DNA of 64,000 nt from contig JAYZXD010000040.1 of NCBI GenBank assembly GCA_036141595.1, forward strand, positions 3,552 to 67,551, written 5' to 3'. This DNA is from Bacteroidota bacterium. Lineage in GTDB: Bacteria; Bacteroidota; Bacteroidia; Flavobacteriales; BACL11. The notes under the pieces are model-generated. The model ran no database searches. It was not told the origin of the DNA and saw nothing but the letters and a program-made list of their open reading frames with translations. Positions 1-12,147 of this stretch are shown piece after piece; position 1 is the stretch's first letter, and the number at the start of each line of letters is the position of its first letter. The translations under genes were made by a program, and so were the position numbers.

Positions 1-211
1 TTTTATAAGTACAATGTACAACAGCCCCATCTTGAATATTTACTTGATTTCCTAAAATAATTGAGTTTACATCTCCTCTTAATACAGAAGAAAACCAAAT
101 ACTACAATTATTACCTGTTGTTACATCTCCAACTATTGTAGCATTTTCAGCCAAATAATTATTTTGTCCAATATTCGGTTTTGCTCCTTTAACACTTTTT
201 ATTAAGGCCAT
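1..211 (-). CDS. Gamma carbonic anhydrase family (hexapeptide-repeat) protein, 3' end outside window
   Basis: Not in ORF track; manual translation from ATG at 211: MALIKSVKGAKPNIGQNNYLAENATIVGDVTTGNNCSIWFSSVLRGDVNSIILGNQVNIQDGAVVHCTYK, with IW..VLRGDVN and NIQDG..H motifs. Confidence 0.9.
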   Translation of the reverse strand, partial: MALIKSVKGAKPNIGQNNYLAENATIVGDVTTGNNCSIWFSSVLRGDVNSIILGNQVNIQDGAVVHCTYK

Positions 212-249
212 AATTAACTTTGTTTGTATTTTTGACAAAAATAATAATT

Positions 250-834
250 ATGAAATATAGTATTTATGCGGAAAGCACTCCGAATCCTAAAGTTATGAAA
301 TTTGTATCTAATAAAATGTTAGCTGATAAAAGTATTGAAATTAATAATTTGAAAGAAGCAAAAGGAATTTCGATTGCCGAGGAATTACTCAAATTCCCTT
401 TTGTTGAAAGTATTTATTTGAGTAGTAATTTTATTTCTGTTACTAAAATAAATGAAGTTGAGTGGGAAAATATTGCAATGCAGTTAAGAGTTTTTATTAG
501 CGACCATTTAAATAGTAATGAAGTTAAAAATTATACAGAACATATTGATATTTCAAATAAGAATGAAAATAAAATTAATGAAGTAAAAATTAAAACATTT
601 ACTGCAAAAGAAAAAGAAATTGAAGATATTTTAAACGAATATATTAAGCCTGCAGTAGAGGCCGACGGGGGTGCAATTACTCTAAATTATTATAAAAAAA
701 ATATTGTTTGTGTAGATCTTAAAGGGGCATGTAGTGGTTGTCCATCAGCAACAAGCACTTTAAAGCAAGGTATTGAGGCATTACTCAAACAAAAAATAAA
801 CCCAGACATAGAAGTTATAGCCAATGAAAGATAA
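250..834 (+). CDS. NifU/NfuA-type Fe-S carrier (Nfu_N + NifU-C)
   Basis: ESTPNP..MKF N-terminus; YIKPAVEADGG...GACSGCPS (CxxC); ATG 250 preferred over TTG 220. Confidence 0.9.
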   Translation: MKYSIYAESTPNPKVMKFVSNKMLADKSIEINNLKEAKGISIAEELLKFPFVESIYLSSNFISVTKINEVEWENIAMQLRVFISDHLNSNEVKNYTEHIDISNKNENKINEVKIKTFTAKEKEIEDILNEYIKPAVEADGGAITLNYYKKNIVCVDLKGACSGCPSATSTLKQGIEALLKQKINPDIEVIANER

Positions 835-1540
835 ATTAATAATTTTAATTTTATTTATAGCTAATTTTATTGTTAATGGGCAAGAGCAAAAAGCTTCCTT
901 CGGAATACAGTACAAACCAATTATTCCTTTAAAATACTTTAACTCTTCACATCAAAATAGCAGTCAACTTGGATATGATTTTAAATTAAATCCAAGATAC
1001 AGCAATACGTTTGGAATGATCATTAGATACAAAATAAATAAAATATTTTGGTTTGAAAACGCTATAAACTACACAAATAGAAATTATAAATTGGAGTTGA
1101 GAAATCAGAATATTAATATTAATGATTATAATAACTTCAATATTAGATCTTATGAAATTCCTTTACAAATACTAACTTATATACGTATATCCAATTTATG
1201 GTTTGTAAATGCTGCATTTGGAGCATCGCATACCATTCTTGCTTCGGATGTACAATCATACGGAAATAATTTAAGTGGTTTTAAGCAAAATTTTTACAGG
1301 AAAAGTGGTGGGTACAGAGCCTTACTAGCTAACTTAGGAATGGAATATAGAAATCAAACTAAGGGCCATTACTATGCTGGAATAAGTTTACATTTTCCAT
1401 TTAGTGAGACTGGAAGAATATACCCAGAGTTCTCTGAGGGAAACGATATATTCAATGATGGTAATTTTAATGACAAGTTCTTCATAGAAGTTCCTGGCAG
1501 CTATGTTACATTAGATTTCAGATATTTTTTTCCGAATTAA
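824..1540 (+). CDS. Putative outer-membrane beta-barrel protein
   Basis: Signal peptide, alternating aromatic beta-strands, C-terminal YVTLDFRYFF. Confidence 0.6.
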   Translation: MKDKLIILILFIANFIVNGQEQKASFGIQYKPIIPLKYFNSSHQNSSQLGYDFKLNPRYSNTFGMIIRYKINKIFWFENAINYTNRNYKLELRNQNININDYNNFNIRSYEIPLQILTYIRISNLWFVNAAFGASHTILASDVQSYGNNLSGFKQNFYRKSGGYRALLANLGMEYRNQTKGHYYAGISLHFPFSETGRIYPEFSEGNDIFNDGNFNDKFFIEVPGSYVTLDFRYFFPN

Positions 1541-1542
1541 AA

Positions 1543-1857
1543 CTACTCTGCGTGCAAATGAGCTTTTTTAGCATAAAGCTCATCCTCTGTTTCTACATTA
1601 TCCTCGTCTGGCAAACAACAATCAACTGGACATACAGCTGCACATTGGGGTTCATCATGAAAGCCAACACACTCAGTACATTTATCAGTTGCAATGTAAA
1701 ATGCTTCTAAAGAGAAAGGCTCACGATTTTCGCTATCCTCAAGTTTTGTTCCGTCTGAAAAACGCCACGATTCTTCTGGAGGATAAATGGCATTATTAGG
1801 ACACTCGGGCTCGCAAGCTTCGCAGTTAATACAGTCCTCAGTTATTTTTATTGCCAT
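1543..1857 (-). CDS. 4Fe-4S dicluster ferredoxin (YfhL-like)
   Basis: CINCEACEPEC and CTECVGFHDEPQCAAVCPVDCC. Confidence 0.92.
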   Translation of the reverse strand: MAIKITEDCINCEACEPECPNNAIYPPEESWRFSDGTKLEDSENREPFSLEAFYIATDKCTECVGFHDEPQCAAVCPVDCCLPDEDNVETEDELYAKKAHLHAE

Positions 1858-1874
1858 AATAAATTTATTTTTTG

Positions 1875-1882
1875 CAAAAATA
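1875..1882 (-). promoter_or_regulatory. Bacteroidota -7 promoter box (TATTTTTG) for the ferredoxin
   Basis: Matches TAnnTTTG, 17 nt upstream of ATG. Confidence 0.55.
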
Positions 1883-1938
1883 GTTAATTTTTCTCACATT
1901 TAATGTTAACATATGTAGATACAAAAATCAAAATTAAT

Positions 1939-1946
1939 TAACTTTG
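1939..1946 (+). promoter_or_regulatory. Bacteroidota -7 promoter box (TAACTTTG) for the FNR-ferredoxin pair
   Basis: Matches TAnnTTTG, 10 nt upstream of ATG 1957. Confidence 0.6.
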
Positions 1947-1956
1947 CATTTAAAAA

Positions 1957-3012
1957 ATGATAAAGACAGATATACTAATCATTGGAGCTGGCCCTACTGG
2001 TCTCTTTGCAGTCTTTGAAGCTGGATTATTAAAATTAAAGTGTCATTTGATTGATGCCCTTCCACAACCAGGAGGACAATGTTCAGAAATATATCCAAAA
2101 AAACCTATATATGATATTCCTGGTTTTCCTGAAATATTAGCTGGTGACCTAACAACAAACTTATTAGAACAATGCAAACAGTTTGAACCGGGGTTTACTT
2201 TAGGAGAAAGAGCAGAAAAAATTGAAAAAGATGAAAATAATATTTTTACTGTTACCACTAATAAAGGCACTAAACATCGAGCTCCTGTAGTTGCTATAGC
2301 AGGCGGCCTAGGAAGTTTTGAACCTAGAAAACCATCAATAGAAAATCTTTCATTTTATGAAGATAAAGGAGTTGAATACATAATAAAAAATCCTGAGATT
2401 TATAAAAACAAAAATGTTCTTATAGCTGGAGGAGGAGACTCTGCTTTAGATTGGACGATATTTTTAGTTAATATGGGGACTAAAGTTACACTTGTTCATA
2501 GACGAAATGAGTTTAGAGGAGCTTTAGATTCTGTAGAAAAAGTCAGAGAATTAAAAAAACAAAATAAAGTAGATATTATAACACCAGCGCAGGTAATTGA
2601 ATTAAAAGGTAAAAACAAGGTTGAAAGTGCAGTAATTTCCAAGGAAAGCAATGAAATATTAGAAATTCAAATTGATCATTTTATTCCATTATTTGGCTTG
2701 TCACCAAGACTTGGTCCAATTGGAGAATGGGGGTTAGAAATTGAAAAGAACTCAATAAAAGTTGATACTTTTGACTATCAAACAAATGTTCCAGGAATTT
2801 TTGCAATTGGAGATATTAATACATACCCTGGAAAATTAAAACTAATTTTATGCGGATTTCATGAAGCCACTCTAATGTGCCAATCTGCATATAAAATTAT
2901 TAATCCTAACAAAAAACATATTTTTCGCTATACAACTGTAAGTGGAGTTGATGGTTTTGACGGTACAAGAAAGGAAGCAGAAAAGCCTGTAGTTCAATCA
3001 CTAAACGATTAA
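1957..3012 (+). CDS. Ferredoxin--NADP+ reductase, thioredoxin-reductase type (YumC-like)
   Basis: GAGPTG FAD motif, GGQ...YPKKPIYDIPG, GGGDSALDW, HRR; no TrxR CxxC. Confidence 0.88.
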   Translation: MIKTDILIIGAGPTGLFAVFEAGLLKLKCHLIDALPQPGGQCSEIYPKKPIYDIPGFPEILAGDLTTNLLEQCKQFEPGFTLGERAEKIEKDENNIFTVTTNKGTKHRAPVVAIAGGLGSFEPRKPSIENLSFYEDKGVEYIIKNPEIYKNKNVLIAGGGDSALDWTIFLVNMGTKVTLVHRRNEFRGALDSVEKVRELKKQNKVDIITPAQVIELKGKNKVESAVISKESNEILEIQIDHFIPLFGLSPRLGPIGEWGLEIEKNSIKVDTFDYQTNVPGIFAIGDINTYPGKLKLILCGFHEATLMCQSAYKIINPNKKHIFRYTTVSGVDGFDGTRKEAEKPVVQSLND

Positions 3013-3014
3013 TA

Positions 3015-3347
3015 ATGTCTGATATTAAAATTTCGATTAAAGATCGAGAAAATAAAACACATGAAATTTTAGCTCCTACTGATATGTCTATGAATCTAAT
3101 GGAAGTTATTAGATCATATGAACTTGTCCCAGAAGGGACATTGGGAGTATGTGGAGGAATGGCTATGTGTGCTTCCTGTCAATGTTACATAACTTCAAAT
3201 CATAAAATTGATGATATGGGAGATGAAGAAGAGGCTATGTTATCTGAAGCATTCAATACTAAAGCTAATAGCAGGCTAAGCTGTCAAATATTTATAACAA
3301 AAGAACTTGATGGTTTAATCTGTGAAATAGCACCGGAGGAGTTATAG
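3015..3347 (+). CDS. 2Fe-2S ferredoxin (adrenodoxin-like)
   Basis: [10 protein letters not shown]...SRLSCQ. Confidence 0.92.
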   Translation: MSDIKISIKDRENKTHEILAPTDMSMNLMEVIRSYELVPEGTLGVCGGMAMCASCQCYITSNHKIDDMGDEEEAMLSEAFNTKANSRLSCQIFITKELDGLICEIAPEEL

Positions 3348-4529
3348 TTCTAAACTTAAAGAAACATTATTTGCAAATAAAAATTCTTTTGGATTTTCTA
3401 AACACTCTTTTATTTTACACAAAAAACCAACAGATTCTCGACCATCAATTACTCTATGATCATAAGATAATGCAACATACATTATTGGTCTAATGACAAT
3501 TTTTCCTTCTACAACTACGGGTCTTTCAACTATATTATGCATACCTAAAATTGCAGATTGTGGTGGATTTATTATTGGGGTGGAAAGCATCGATCCAAAA
3601 ACTCCACCGTTAGTTATTGTAAAAGTACCACCAGTCATTTCATCAATAGTAATTTTACCATCTCTTGCTTTATTTGCTAATCTTTTAATCTCAGATTCTA
3701 TTTGCGCAAATCCCATTTTTTCAGCATTGCGTAAAACTGGTACCATTAGCCCTTTTGGTGCACTTACTGCAATACCTATATCAACATAATTATGCGAAAT
3801 AAGTTCATCGCCATCTATCATTGAATTTACATCACCATATTCCTCTATGGATTTTGTAACAGCTTTTGTAAAAAATGACATAAAACCTAATCCAACGTTA
3901 TGTTTTTCTTTAAAGATTTCTTTATAAGTATTTCTAATTTGAAAAATTGATGTCATATCAACTTCATTAAAAGTTGTAAGCATTGCCGTTTCGTTTTTAA
4001 CAGCAACTAATCTAGAAGCAATTTTTCTTCTAAGAGAAGACATCTTTTTTCTATTTTGTCCTCTCTCTTCAGAAGGGCCTGAATTAATTAAGTTTAAAAC
4101 ATCATTTTTTGTTATTTTACCGGCTTCCCCTGATCCTTTTAGATCTTCAGCAGATATGTCGTGTTCATTGATTATTGCAGATGCAAGAGGAGTGGCTTTA
4201 TTAATTTTAACTTTATTAATAGATATATTTTCTGGAGTTGCAGTTAAATCTTTTTTCTCTTCTGATACTATATTGTCTTTGTTCTTGTTTTTAACAGATG
4301 TATCAATAATGCAAACGACATCTCCAACTGAAACAGTCACCCCTTCCTCGCTTAAGATTTTTATAACACCACTTTCTTCTGCAGGAAGTTCTAATGTTGC
4401 TTTGTCTGAGTCTATTTCCGCAATAGATTGATCTTTTTGTACATAATCACCATCGGCTACTAACCATTCTATTATTTCAACTTCCGATATTGATTCTCCC
4501 GGACTGGGAACTTTCATTTCTAGTAACAT
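3342..4529 (-). CDS. sucB: 2-oxoglutarate dehydrogenase E2, dihydrolipoyl succinyltransferase
   Basis: Lipoyl domain (SDKA), [21 protein letters not shown]; follows sucA. Confidence 0.96.
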   Translation of the reverse strand: MLLEMKVPSPGESISEVEIIEWLVADGDYVQKDQSIAEIDSDKATLELPAEESGVIKILSEEGVTVSVGDVVCIIDTSVKNKNKDNIVSEEKKDLTATPENISINKVKINKATPLASAIINEHDISAEDLKGSGEAGKITKNDVLNLINSGPSEERGQNRKKMSSLRRKIASRLVAVKNETAMLTTFNEVDMTSIFQIRNTYKEIFKEKHNVGLGFMSFFTKAVTKSIEEYGDVNSMIDGDELISHNYVDIGIAVSAPKGLMVPVLRNAEKMGFAQIESEIKRLANKARDGKITIDEMTGGTFTITNGGVFGSMLSTPIINPPQSAILGMHNIVERPVVVEGKIVIRPIMYVALSYDHRVIDGRESVGFLCKIKECLENPKEFLFANNVSLSLEL

Positions 4530-4535
4530 TCTTTT

Positions 4536-7235
4536 TTATTTAAAAACTTTATCAATTATTTCTTTTTGTTCTAAAGCTGATGTTTTGCTTGATCCTGTAG
4601 CTGTAGCTGCAGAAGGAATTCTTGCAATCACCTCAATATTATATGCTCTTAATTCAGATAAAATATAACTCCAGGCTCCCATATTTTCAGGTTCTTCTTG
4701 TACCCAAAGAAGTTTATCTGCATTATACTTTTTAATTAATTTAATTAAATAAACTTTATCTAATGGAAATAGTTGTTCAATTCTAACAATAGCTATGTTA
4801 GTGATGTTATCATTCTTTCTTTTTGTATCAAGTTCATAATAAATTTTTCCGCTACATAAAATAAGCTTTTTAGTCGATTGATTGTTTACTACATCATCAA
4901 TAATTAATTCAAATTTACCTTTGGCTAAATCAGAAATTTTTGAAATACATTGAGGGTGTCTTAACAAACTTTTAGGAGTAAAAACAATTAATGGCTTTCT
5001 AAAATTTCTGTTTAATTGTCTTCTCAACACATGATAAAAGTTTGCTGGCGTAGTACAGTTTGTAATTTGCATATTATATTTCGCACACATTTGTAAATAT
5101 CTTTCTATCCTTGCTGAAGAATGTTCAGCTCCCTGCCCTTCATAACCATGTGGTAATAGCATAACTAGACCACTCATTACCTTCCACTTATCTTCAGCAC
5201 AAGATATAAATTGATCTATCATAATTTGAGCTCCGTTTGAAAAATCACCAAATTGGGCTTCCCAAATAGTTAAATTGTTTGGGGAGGCGATAGAATACCC
5301 GTAATCAAATCCTAAAACTCCATATTCTGAAAGTAATGAATTATATGCTTCAAAATTTGAAGTATCACTAATTTTGTTTAATGGAGAAACTTCTTGTTCA
5401 GAATCCTCTATTTTTAAAATTGCATGTCTATGTGAAAAAGTCCCTCTCTCTACGTCCTGACCACTTAGTCTAATACTATATCCTTCAGATAAAAGTGAAG
5501 CATATGCTAATAATTCTGCTAATGCCCAATCCACACTATTGAGCTCTTCAATCATTTTTTTTCTATCTGATAGTAGTTTTTTTGTTTTTTTAAATAATCT
5601 ATCTTGATTAGGAACTTCATAAAGAAATCTAGCTAAATCTTTTAATTTACTTTCAGTCATATTAGTTGATTTTTCTACTAGAAAATCCTCAGTAACTTTT
5701 CTTTTGAAGGCCTTCCACTCATCATTTAAAAAAGGTGTTATTTTAGCTTTAATTATTTCTTTTGCCTCATCAAATCTTTCTTGTAGTAAGTTTTTAAAAT
5801 CTGTATCTAAGTCTTGGGCAATGCCAGCTTCAACAACTCCTTCATTCATTAATTTTTGCTTATAAATTTCTCTAGGGTTTTGGTGCTTAGAAATTACTTC
5901 ATACAATAGAGGTTGAGTAAATCGTGGTTAATCTCCCTCATTATGTCCATACTTTCTATAGCATAATAAATCAATAAAAACATCTTTATTATATTTTTGC
6001 CTATATTCAACTGCTATTTGTAAAGCATGTACCACAGCTTCAACATCATCTCCATTTACATGAAAAACTGGTGATAATGTTACTTTAGCAACGTCAGTAC
6101 AATAAGTACTAGATCTAGCGTCATGGTAATTTGTAGTAAATCCTACTTGATTATTTACTGCTATATGAATTGTCCCTCCGGTTTTATAACCATCTAACTG
6201 AGCCATCTGTATTACCTCGTACACTACTCCCTGACCTGCAAGTGCCGCATCTCCATGAATCAAAATTGGTAATATTTTTTTCATATTTCCATTATATTCG
6301 GAATCTAGTTTTGACCTAACAATTCCTTGTACAACAGGGTCAACTGCTTCCAAATGTGATGGGTTTGGTGTTAAATTCAGCTTAATATTATTACCATTAT
6401 TACATTTTTGCATAGAAGTAAACCCCAAATGATATTTAACATCGCCTGCAATATTTTCGTCTTCATATAACTTGCCTTCAAATTCTGAAAAAATTTCTTT
6501 ATATGTTTTATTGAATATGTTAGCTAATACATTTAGCCTTCCTCTATGAGCCATACCTACAACAAATTCTTTGACGCCTAAGCTAGCACTGTGCTCAACA
6601 AGTGCATCTAGCGCAGGTATTAATGATTCAGCGCCCTCTAAAGAAAATCTTTTCTGACCAACAAATTTTTTATGTAAAAAATTTTCAAATACTACTGCCT
6701 GATTTAATTTATGTAATATATGTTTTTTTTGATTTGCATTAAAATTTGGAGTATTTGAATTATTATGAAGTCTTTGCTTGATCCATTCTATTTCTTGCGG
6801 GTCACGAATATACATGTACTCTACTCCAATAGATTGACAATATACTTTCTCTAAATGAGATATTATATCTTTTAATTTTGCAGGTCCAATTCCTACTTGA
6901 GTGCCCGCTTGAAAAACAATATCTAAATCATTTTTTTCTAAATCAAAATTAGTGTAATCAAGAGTAGGATTATACTTTCTCCTTTCTCTTACTGGGTTAG
7001 TTTTAGTAAATAAATGTCCACGCTTCCTGTATGCATCTATTAAATTAATCACTTTAAATTCTTTTTGAAAATGCTGAGGGATTTCAGTTTCTGAGTATAT
7101 TGTTTTAGCAAAATCAAATCCTTTAAAAAAGTTTACCCACTCATGATCAACACTATTTGGATCCTCTAAAAATTTATCATAAAGACCCTCTATCATAGAC
7201 GTGTGAGCTGCTCCTAAGAAAGTAAATTTATCCAT
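4536..7235 (-). pseudogene. sucA: 2-oxoglutarate dehydrogenase E1 interrupted by a single in-frame TAA (5928-5930); nonsense allele or sequence error
   Basis: ORFs 5928..7235 and 4536..5906 share a frame; junction reads GHNEGD*PRFTQPLLYEV versus canonical GHNEGDEPRFTQP; KRFSLEG, HGDAA, WEAQFGDF, LPHGYEGQGAEHSSAR all present. Confidence 0.85.
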
Positions 7236-7328
7236 TTAATCTGTTGTAATTCAATTAACAAAATTATTTATTTTTTGTGACTTATTACAATAAAAAAAAA
7301 TTAGTTATTAAATAGTATTAATGTGATT

Positions 7329-8291
7329 TTAAGAAGTCCTGTCCATTAACTTATTTGCAAAATAAATTAAAGTTGCTTTATTTTTAGATTCAACAGCATC
7401 AAGATGTTTCATTCCTTTTATATAATACGATTTCATTAGTTCAACAGTATGCTTATCAATATTTAATTTTGAAAAAATAGTCTTTACAGAATTAACCTTA
7501 TTAATGCTATTTGTTGAAGCACTATAGTAATCTTGTAATTTTTTTTTCGTTATCTTATCAGCTAGTTGTAAGGCTTTTAAATATAAGAACGTTTTCTTAT
7601 TGGACAAAATATCTCCACCGGTTTGCTTGCCAAAACTTTCATTACCAAAAACATCAAGCAAGTCATCTTTTAATTGAAATGCCAAGCCAATATTAATACC
7701 AAATTCGTATAGATGGTTCTGATCCTTTTCGTTAGCACCTCCAATTATAGCTCCTATTTTTAAAGCTGCAGCTAACAATACTGCTGTTTTAAATTGAATC
7801 ATTCTTATATACTCAGAAAGAGTAACTTCGTTACTATTTTCAAAATCCATATCAAACTGTTGCCCTTCACATACTTGATTTGCAGTTTTACTAAAAATAT
7901 CTAAAACTTTTTCTAAATGATGTGAATCTACTTGAGATATCAATTTATAAGCTTGAATCATCATTGCATCTCCTGAAAGTATTGCAATATTTTTATCCCA
8001 TTTCTTGTGCACTGTACTACTCCCTCTTCGCAAAGGTGCATTATCCATAATATCATCATGAAGCAAGGTGAAATTATGAAAAAACTCTATGCCTAACGCA
8101 GGAGAAATAACATTAGATAAATCTGACTTATAGAGATTGTATGAAATCAAAAGAAATAATGGACGAATTCTTTTTGCTCTTAAACCCATTATGTATTTTA
8201 TTGGGGCATATAATAGTTCAGGAGTTTTAGGATAAGAAAAATCACAAATTTTCTTCTCTAACAAATTATGTATTTTATCTATTTCGTTCAT
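7329..8291 (-). CDS. Polyprenyl (GGPP/FPP) synthase
   Basis: [13 protein letters not shown] and FQLKDDLLD aspartate-rich motifs. Confidence 0.92.
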   Translation of the reverse strand: MNEIDKIHNLLEKKICDFSYPKTPELLYAPIKYIMGLRAKRIRPLFLLISYNLYKSDLSNVISPALGIEFFHNFTLLHDDIMDNAPLRRGSSTVHKKWDKNIAILSGDAMMIQAYKLISQVDSHHLEKVLDIFSKTANQVCEGQQFDMDFENSNEVTLSEYIRMIQFKTAVLLAAALKIGAIIGGANEKDQNHLYEFGINIGLAFQLKDDLLDVFGNESFGKQTGGDILSNKKTFLYLKALQLADKITKKKLQDYYSASTNSINKVNSVKTIFSKLNIDKHTVELMKSYYIKGMKHLDAVESKNKATLIYFANKLMDRTS

Positions 8292-9148
8292 GTTGACTCA
8301 ATAATATCTAATAAATAATTACCATACCCACTTTTAAGTAAAGGCTGTGCAATATTGGCTAGTTGTGTTTTTGTTATAAGCCCCATCCTATATGCTGCCT
8401 CTTCTATACATCCAATTTTTCTTCCTTGTCTTTCTTCTATTAAATGAACATATTGATTAGCCTGCATTAGAGATGAAAACGTTCCTGTATCTAGCCAGGC
8501 AGTACCTCTTCCTAACAACTTAACTTCTAATTTACCTTTCATTAGATAAGCTTTATTTACATCTGTTATTTCATACTCCCCTCTTTTAGATGGTTTTATG
8601 TTTTTTGCTATTTCTATAACTGAATTATCATAATAATATAAACCTGGTACAGCATAATTTGATTTTGGCTTTTCAGGTTTTTCTTCTAATGAAAGAACTC
8701 GAAAATTTTTGTCAAATTCAACAACACCATATCTTTCTGGATCATGTACATGATAACCAAATACAATACCACCATCAACATCTTTACATTTTGACAATGT
8801 GTTTATTTTCATTTGAAAAATATTGTCACCTAATATCATACAAACTTTATCACTACCTATAAACTCTTCACCTATTATAAAAGCCTGAGCTAAACCATTT
8901 GGTTCTTTTTGAACCTTATATTCAAGCTTACAACCTATTCTAGAGCCATCTCCTAATAATTTTTTAAATATTGGAAGATCGTTTGGAGTAGATATAATTA
9001 AAATCTCTCTTATTCCTGAATATATTAATGTGCTTAATGGATAATAAATCATCGGCTTATCATACACTGGCATCATTTGCTTACTCATTACTAATGTAAG
9101 TGGGTGTAATCTAGTTCCAGCTCCACCGGCAAGTATAATTCCTTTCAT
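8288..9148 (-). CDS. rfbA: Glucose-1-phosphate thymidylyltransferase
   Basis: [39 protein letters not shown]. Confidence 0.96.
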   Translation of the reverse strand: MKGIILAGGAGTRLHPLTLVMSKQMMPVYDKPMIYYPLSTLIYSGIREILIISTPNDLPIFKKLLGDGSRIGCKLEYKVQKEPNGLAQAFIIGEEFIGSDKVCMILGDNIFQMKINTLSKCKDVDGGIVFGYHVHDPERYGVVEFDKNFRVLSLEEKPEKPKSNYAVPGLYYYDNSVIEIAKNIKPSKRGEYEITDVNKAYLMKGKLEVKLLGRGTAWLDTGTFSSLMQANQYVHLIEERQGRKIGCIEEAAYRMGLITKTQLANIAQPLLKSGYGNYLLDIIEST

Positions 9149-11526
9149 TTATTTTTTTTAATTTTTAATTTACTTAGTTCTATATCACTCTCCTCATCAA
9201 ATGTATCTATCAATGGTTCATTAAATGCTTCATAATTTATAATCTTTTCTAACGACAAAAGCAATGCTGGCAACAAAATTAAGTTAGAAAGCATAGCTAA
9301 CATCAATGTAATCGAGACTAATAAACCCATCGCAATTGTACCCCCAAAGTCTGAAACAACAAATATAAAAAAGCCAAAGAATAAAACAACTGATGTGTAA
9401 AACATACTTATTCCTGTTTCTCTTACAGCCGAAAATACAGATTTATTAATACTCCAATTATTTAATAATAGTTCTTGACGATATTTAGCTAAGAAATGAA
9501 TTGTATCGTCAACCGATATTCCAAATGCAATACTAAAAACAAGTATTGTTGAAGGCTTTAATGCGACACCAAAATAACCCATTATCGACGCAGTTAGTAA
9601 CAATGGAATTAAATTTGGAATAATTGAAATTATAACCATTCTAAATGAATTAAACATCCAAGCCATAAAAATTGAGATCAAAATAATCACTATAGATAGG
9701 CTTGTAAATAAATTTTTCAATAAAAACTTTGTGCCTTCTAAAAAAACTATAGTCGCTCCTGTAATAGTGACATTATAAATTTTTGGATCAAATATTTTAT
9801 CTATTTGTGGTCTAAGACTTGAAAAAATACTATCCATTTTAACACTTGATATATCTGCTACTCTCAGTGATATTCTGGCTTGCTGTTTTGAGGTATCTAC
9901 CAAATTATTTAAAATATTAATCTTATCATCTTTTTTATTCATCAACCTATTAATTATCGAAATTTCTTGTGAGTTAGGTAATGCATAAAATAAGGGGTCT
10001 CCATTATAAAATGCTTGCTTAGCATGCTTTATCAAATCAATATAAGATAATGGCTTGGAAAACTCTAAATACGAAAACAATAGATTTGATAAGCTATCGA
10101 TTTTTTTCATATTGTAGGCTTTCATTAGGCCATTTCTCTTTTTTGTATCTACTATAACTTCTAGAGGAATTACTCCTGAAAAATTATTTTCTAAAAATTT
10201 TAAATCTTTAAATAATTGTTGCCCCTTTGGAAGATCATCCGTTAAATTTCCGGTTGTTTTTACTTTATTTATTCCAACAAAAGAAACAATCAATAAAAAA
10301 AACGTAACTCCATAAATCATCTTTCTCTTATGCTTAACTAAAAAACTTAAATAGTTGACAAAGTCAATAAGCCATTTTTTTGTTAAGTGCTCTGTTTGTT
10401 TTTTTGTTGGAGAAGAAGCGAAACTAAAATATATAGGAATAACACATAAAGAAAGGATGAAAATAAAAATAATATTTAACGAAGCAATAACACCAAACTC
10501 CCTTAATGTTTCACTATCAGTTAAAATAAAAGACGCAAAACCTGCTGCAGTTGTTAAATTAGTTAATAAAGTTATATTTCCAATTCTTTGTATCATTATT
10601 TGTAATGAGTAAAACTTTTTTTGAGACTTAATAAATTCACTATGATACTTATTTATTAAAAATACACAATTTGGTATACCAATAACAATTATTAAAGGAG
10701 GAACAATTGCCATAAAAATTGATATGTCATAATTAAAAATTACAATCGTACCAAAAGAAAATATCACTCCAATAATAACCGTAATCATTGAGGAAACGGT
10801 TGCATTAAAAGACTTAAAAAATAAAAAAAGAATAACCGCAGTAATAATTAAAGCTAAAATTATAAAGTAAGTGATTTCTTCTTTAACCATTAAAGAATCA
10901 ATTGTCCTTATATAAGGCAGTCCCGAATAATGAATCGAAGATTTATATTTTTTTTCATATTCATTAACAATATCCTTTATTTTAAAAATTAATTCTATTC
11001 TTTGTGGAGTTTTTATAATATTTTCATCGAGTGAAATCAATAAAGTTGTTATAGTATTATCTAAATTATTTAAAACACCTTTATAGATTAACTGATTTGA
11101 AAAACTAATAAATGCACTATCAATTTCTTTTTTTGATGAGAAATCTTTTGAATACCATCTTTTTAATGCTAATTTAGATGTAGATGTATCCTTCACTAAA
11201 AAAGAAATATTAGTAATTGAAACAATACTTACAACTCCTTTCAACCCTTCTATATTTTGTGTAATATTGTTTATATCAGCTAAATTATTAACATTTAAAA
11301 AATTAGAATCTTTAATTGCAATAACAAAAAGGTTTTGCTCACCATATACTTTCAGAAAATCTTCATATTCGACATTGGTTTGATGATCATTAGGCAATAA
11401 TTTAGCCATGGTATAAGCTAATTTTGCATCCTTGGCATTATATGCCATTAATAAGGTAATACCAAGTAATAAAACAATAAGAAAAATTCTATTTCTTAAA
11501 ATAAATTTTGAAATATATTTCCACAT
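9145..11526 (-). CDS. MMPL-family (RND superfamily) transporter
   Basis: Two repeats of TM + periplasmic loop + TM cluster; GISVDDTIH motif. Confidence 0.88.
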   Translation of the reverse strand: MWKYISKFILRNRIFLIVLLLGITLLMAYNAKDAKLAYTMAKLLPNDHQTNVEYEDFLKVYGEQNLFVIAIKDSNFLNVNNLADINNITQNIEGLKGVVSIVSITNISFLVKDTSTSKLALKRWYSKDFSSKKEIDSAFISFSNQLIYKGVLNNLDNTITTLLISLDENIIKTPQRIELIFKIKDIVNEYEKKYKSSIHYSGLPYIRTIDSLMVKEEITYFIILALIITAVILFLFFKSFNATVSSMITVIIGVIFSFGTIVIFNYDISIFMAIVPPLIIVIGIPNCVFLINKYHSEFIKSQKKFYSLQIMIQRIGNITLLTNLTTAAGFASFILTDSETLREFGVIASLNIIFIFILSLCVIPIYFSFASSPTKKQTEHLTKKWLIDFVNYLSFLVKHKRKMIYGVTFFLLIVSFVGINKVKTTGNLTDDLPKGQQLFKDLKFLENNFSGVIPLEVIVDTKKRNGLMKAYNMKKIDSLSNLLFSYLEFSKPLSYIDLIKHAKQAFYNGDPLFYALPNSQEISIINRLMNKKDDKINILNNLVDTSKQQARISLRVADISSVKMDSIFSSLRPQIDKIFDPKIYNVTITGATIVFLEGTKFLLKNLFTSLSIVIILISIFMAWMFNSFRMVIISIIPNLIPLLLTASIMGYFGVALKPSTILVFSIAFGISVDDTIHFLAKYRQELLLNNWSINKSVFSAVRETGISMFYTSVVLFFGFFIFVVSDFGGTIAMGLLVSITLMLAMLSNLILLPALLLSLEKIINYEAFNEPLIDTFDEESDIELSKLKIKKNK

Positions 11527-11577
11527 TTTTAAGGATAATATAATTTAAAGAAAATTATACTAATAGAGATTTTTTCT

Positions 11578-12141
11578 CTACACAGTCATTATATCTTGTT
11601 CTTTTTGATTGTATATACTATCAATCTTTGATGTATAAGAATTAGTTAAATCTTGAACTGAATTTTCTGCGTCTCTAACCATATCTTCGGAAAGACCTGA
11701 TTTTGAAAGTTTTCTCATTTCATCATTTGCTTTTTGTCTGTGATTACGAATACTAACTTTAGCATTTTCAATTTCTGATTTAACTTGTTTAACTAAATCT
11801 TTTCTTCTTTCTTCAGTCAATGGAGGAACATTTACAATTACTTTTTCACCATTATTGGATGGATTAAAGCCTAAATTTGCTTCAACGATTGCCTGTTCAA
11901 TATCACTAATTAAATTTTTATCAAATGGCTGAATAGATAATGTCTGTGCATCAGTTGAAGCTATATTTGCTGCTTGAGATAAGGGGGTTAGAACCCCATA
12001 ATAATCTAGCTTAACAGAGCTTAGCATTTGAGGGTTTGCCTTACCCGCTCTTATTTTTGATAATGTAACTTCAAGTCTTGTAATAACATCATCCATTGCT
12101 TCTTTAGCAACATCTAAATTAAAATTAACTTCTTCTGTCAT
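11578..12141 (-). CDS. frr: Ribosome recycling factor
   Basis: IRAGKANP, PPLTEERRKDLVK; follows pyrH. Confidence 0.97.
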   Translation of the reverse strand: MTEEVNFNLDVAKEAMDDVITRLEVTLSKIRAGKANPQMLSSVKLDYYGVLTPLSQAANIASTDAQTLSIQPFDKNLISDIEQAIVEANLGFNPSNNGEKVIVNVPPLTEERRKDLVKQVKSEIENAKVSIRNHRQKANDEMRKLSKSGLSEDMVRDAENSVQDLTNSYTSKIDSIYNQKEQDIMTV

Positions 12142-12147
12142 ATCAAT

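Noticed and set aside
5928-5930. TAA reassigned to Glu/Gln (alternative genetic code)
   Set aside because: TAA is the normal stop of many full-length genes here (tsf, rplM, accC, fabH) and I saw no other interrupted gene
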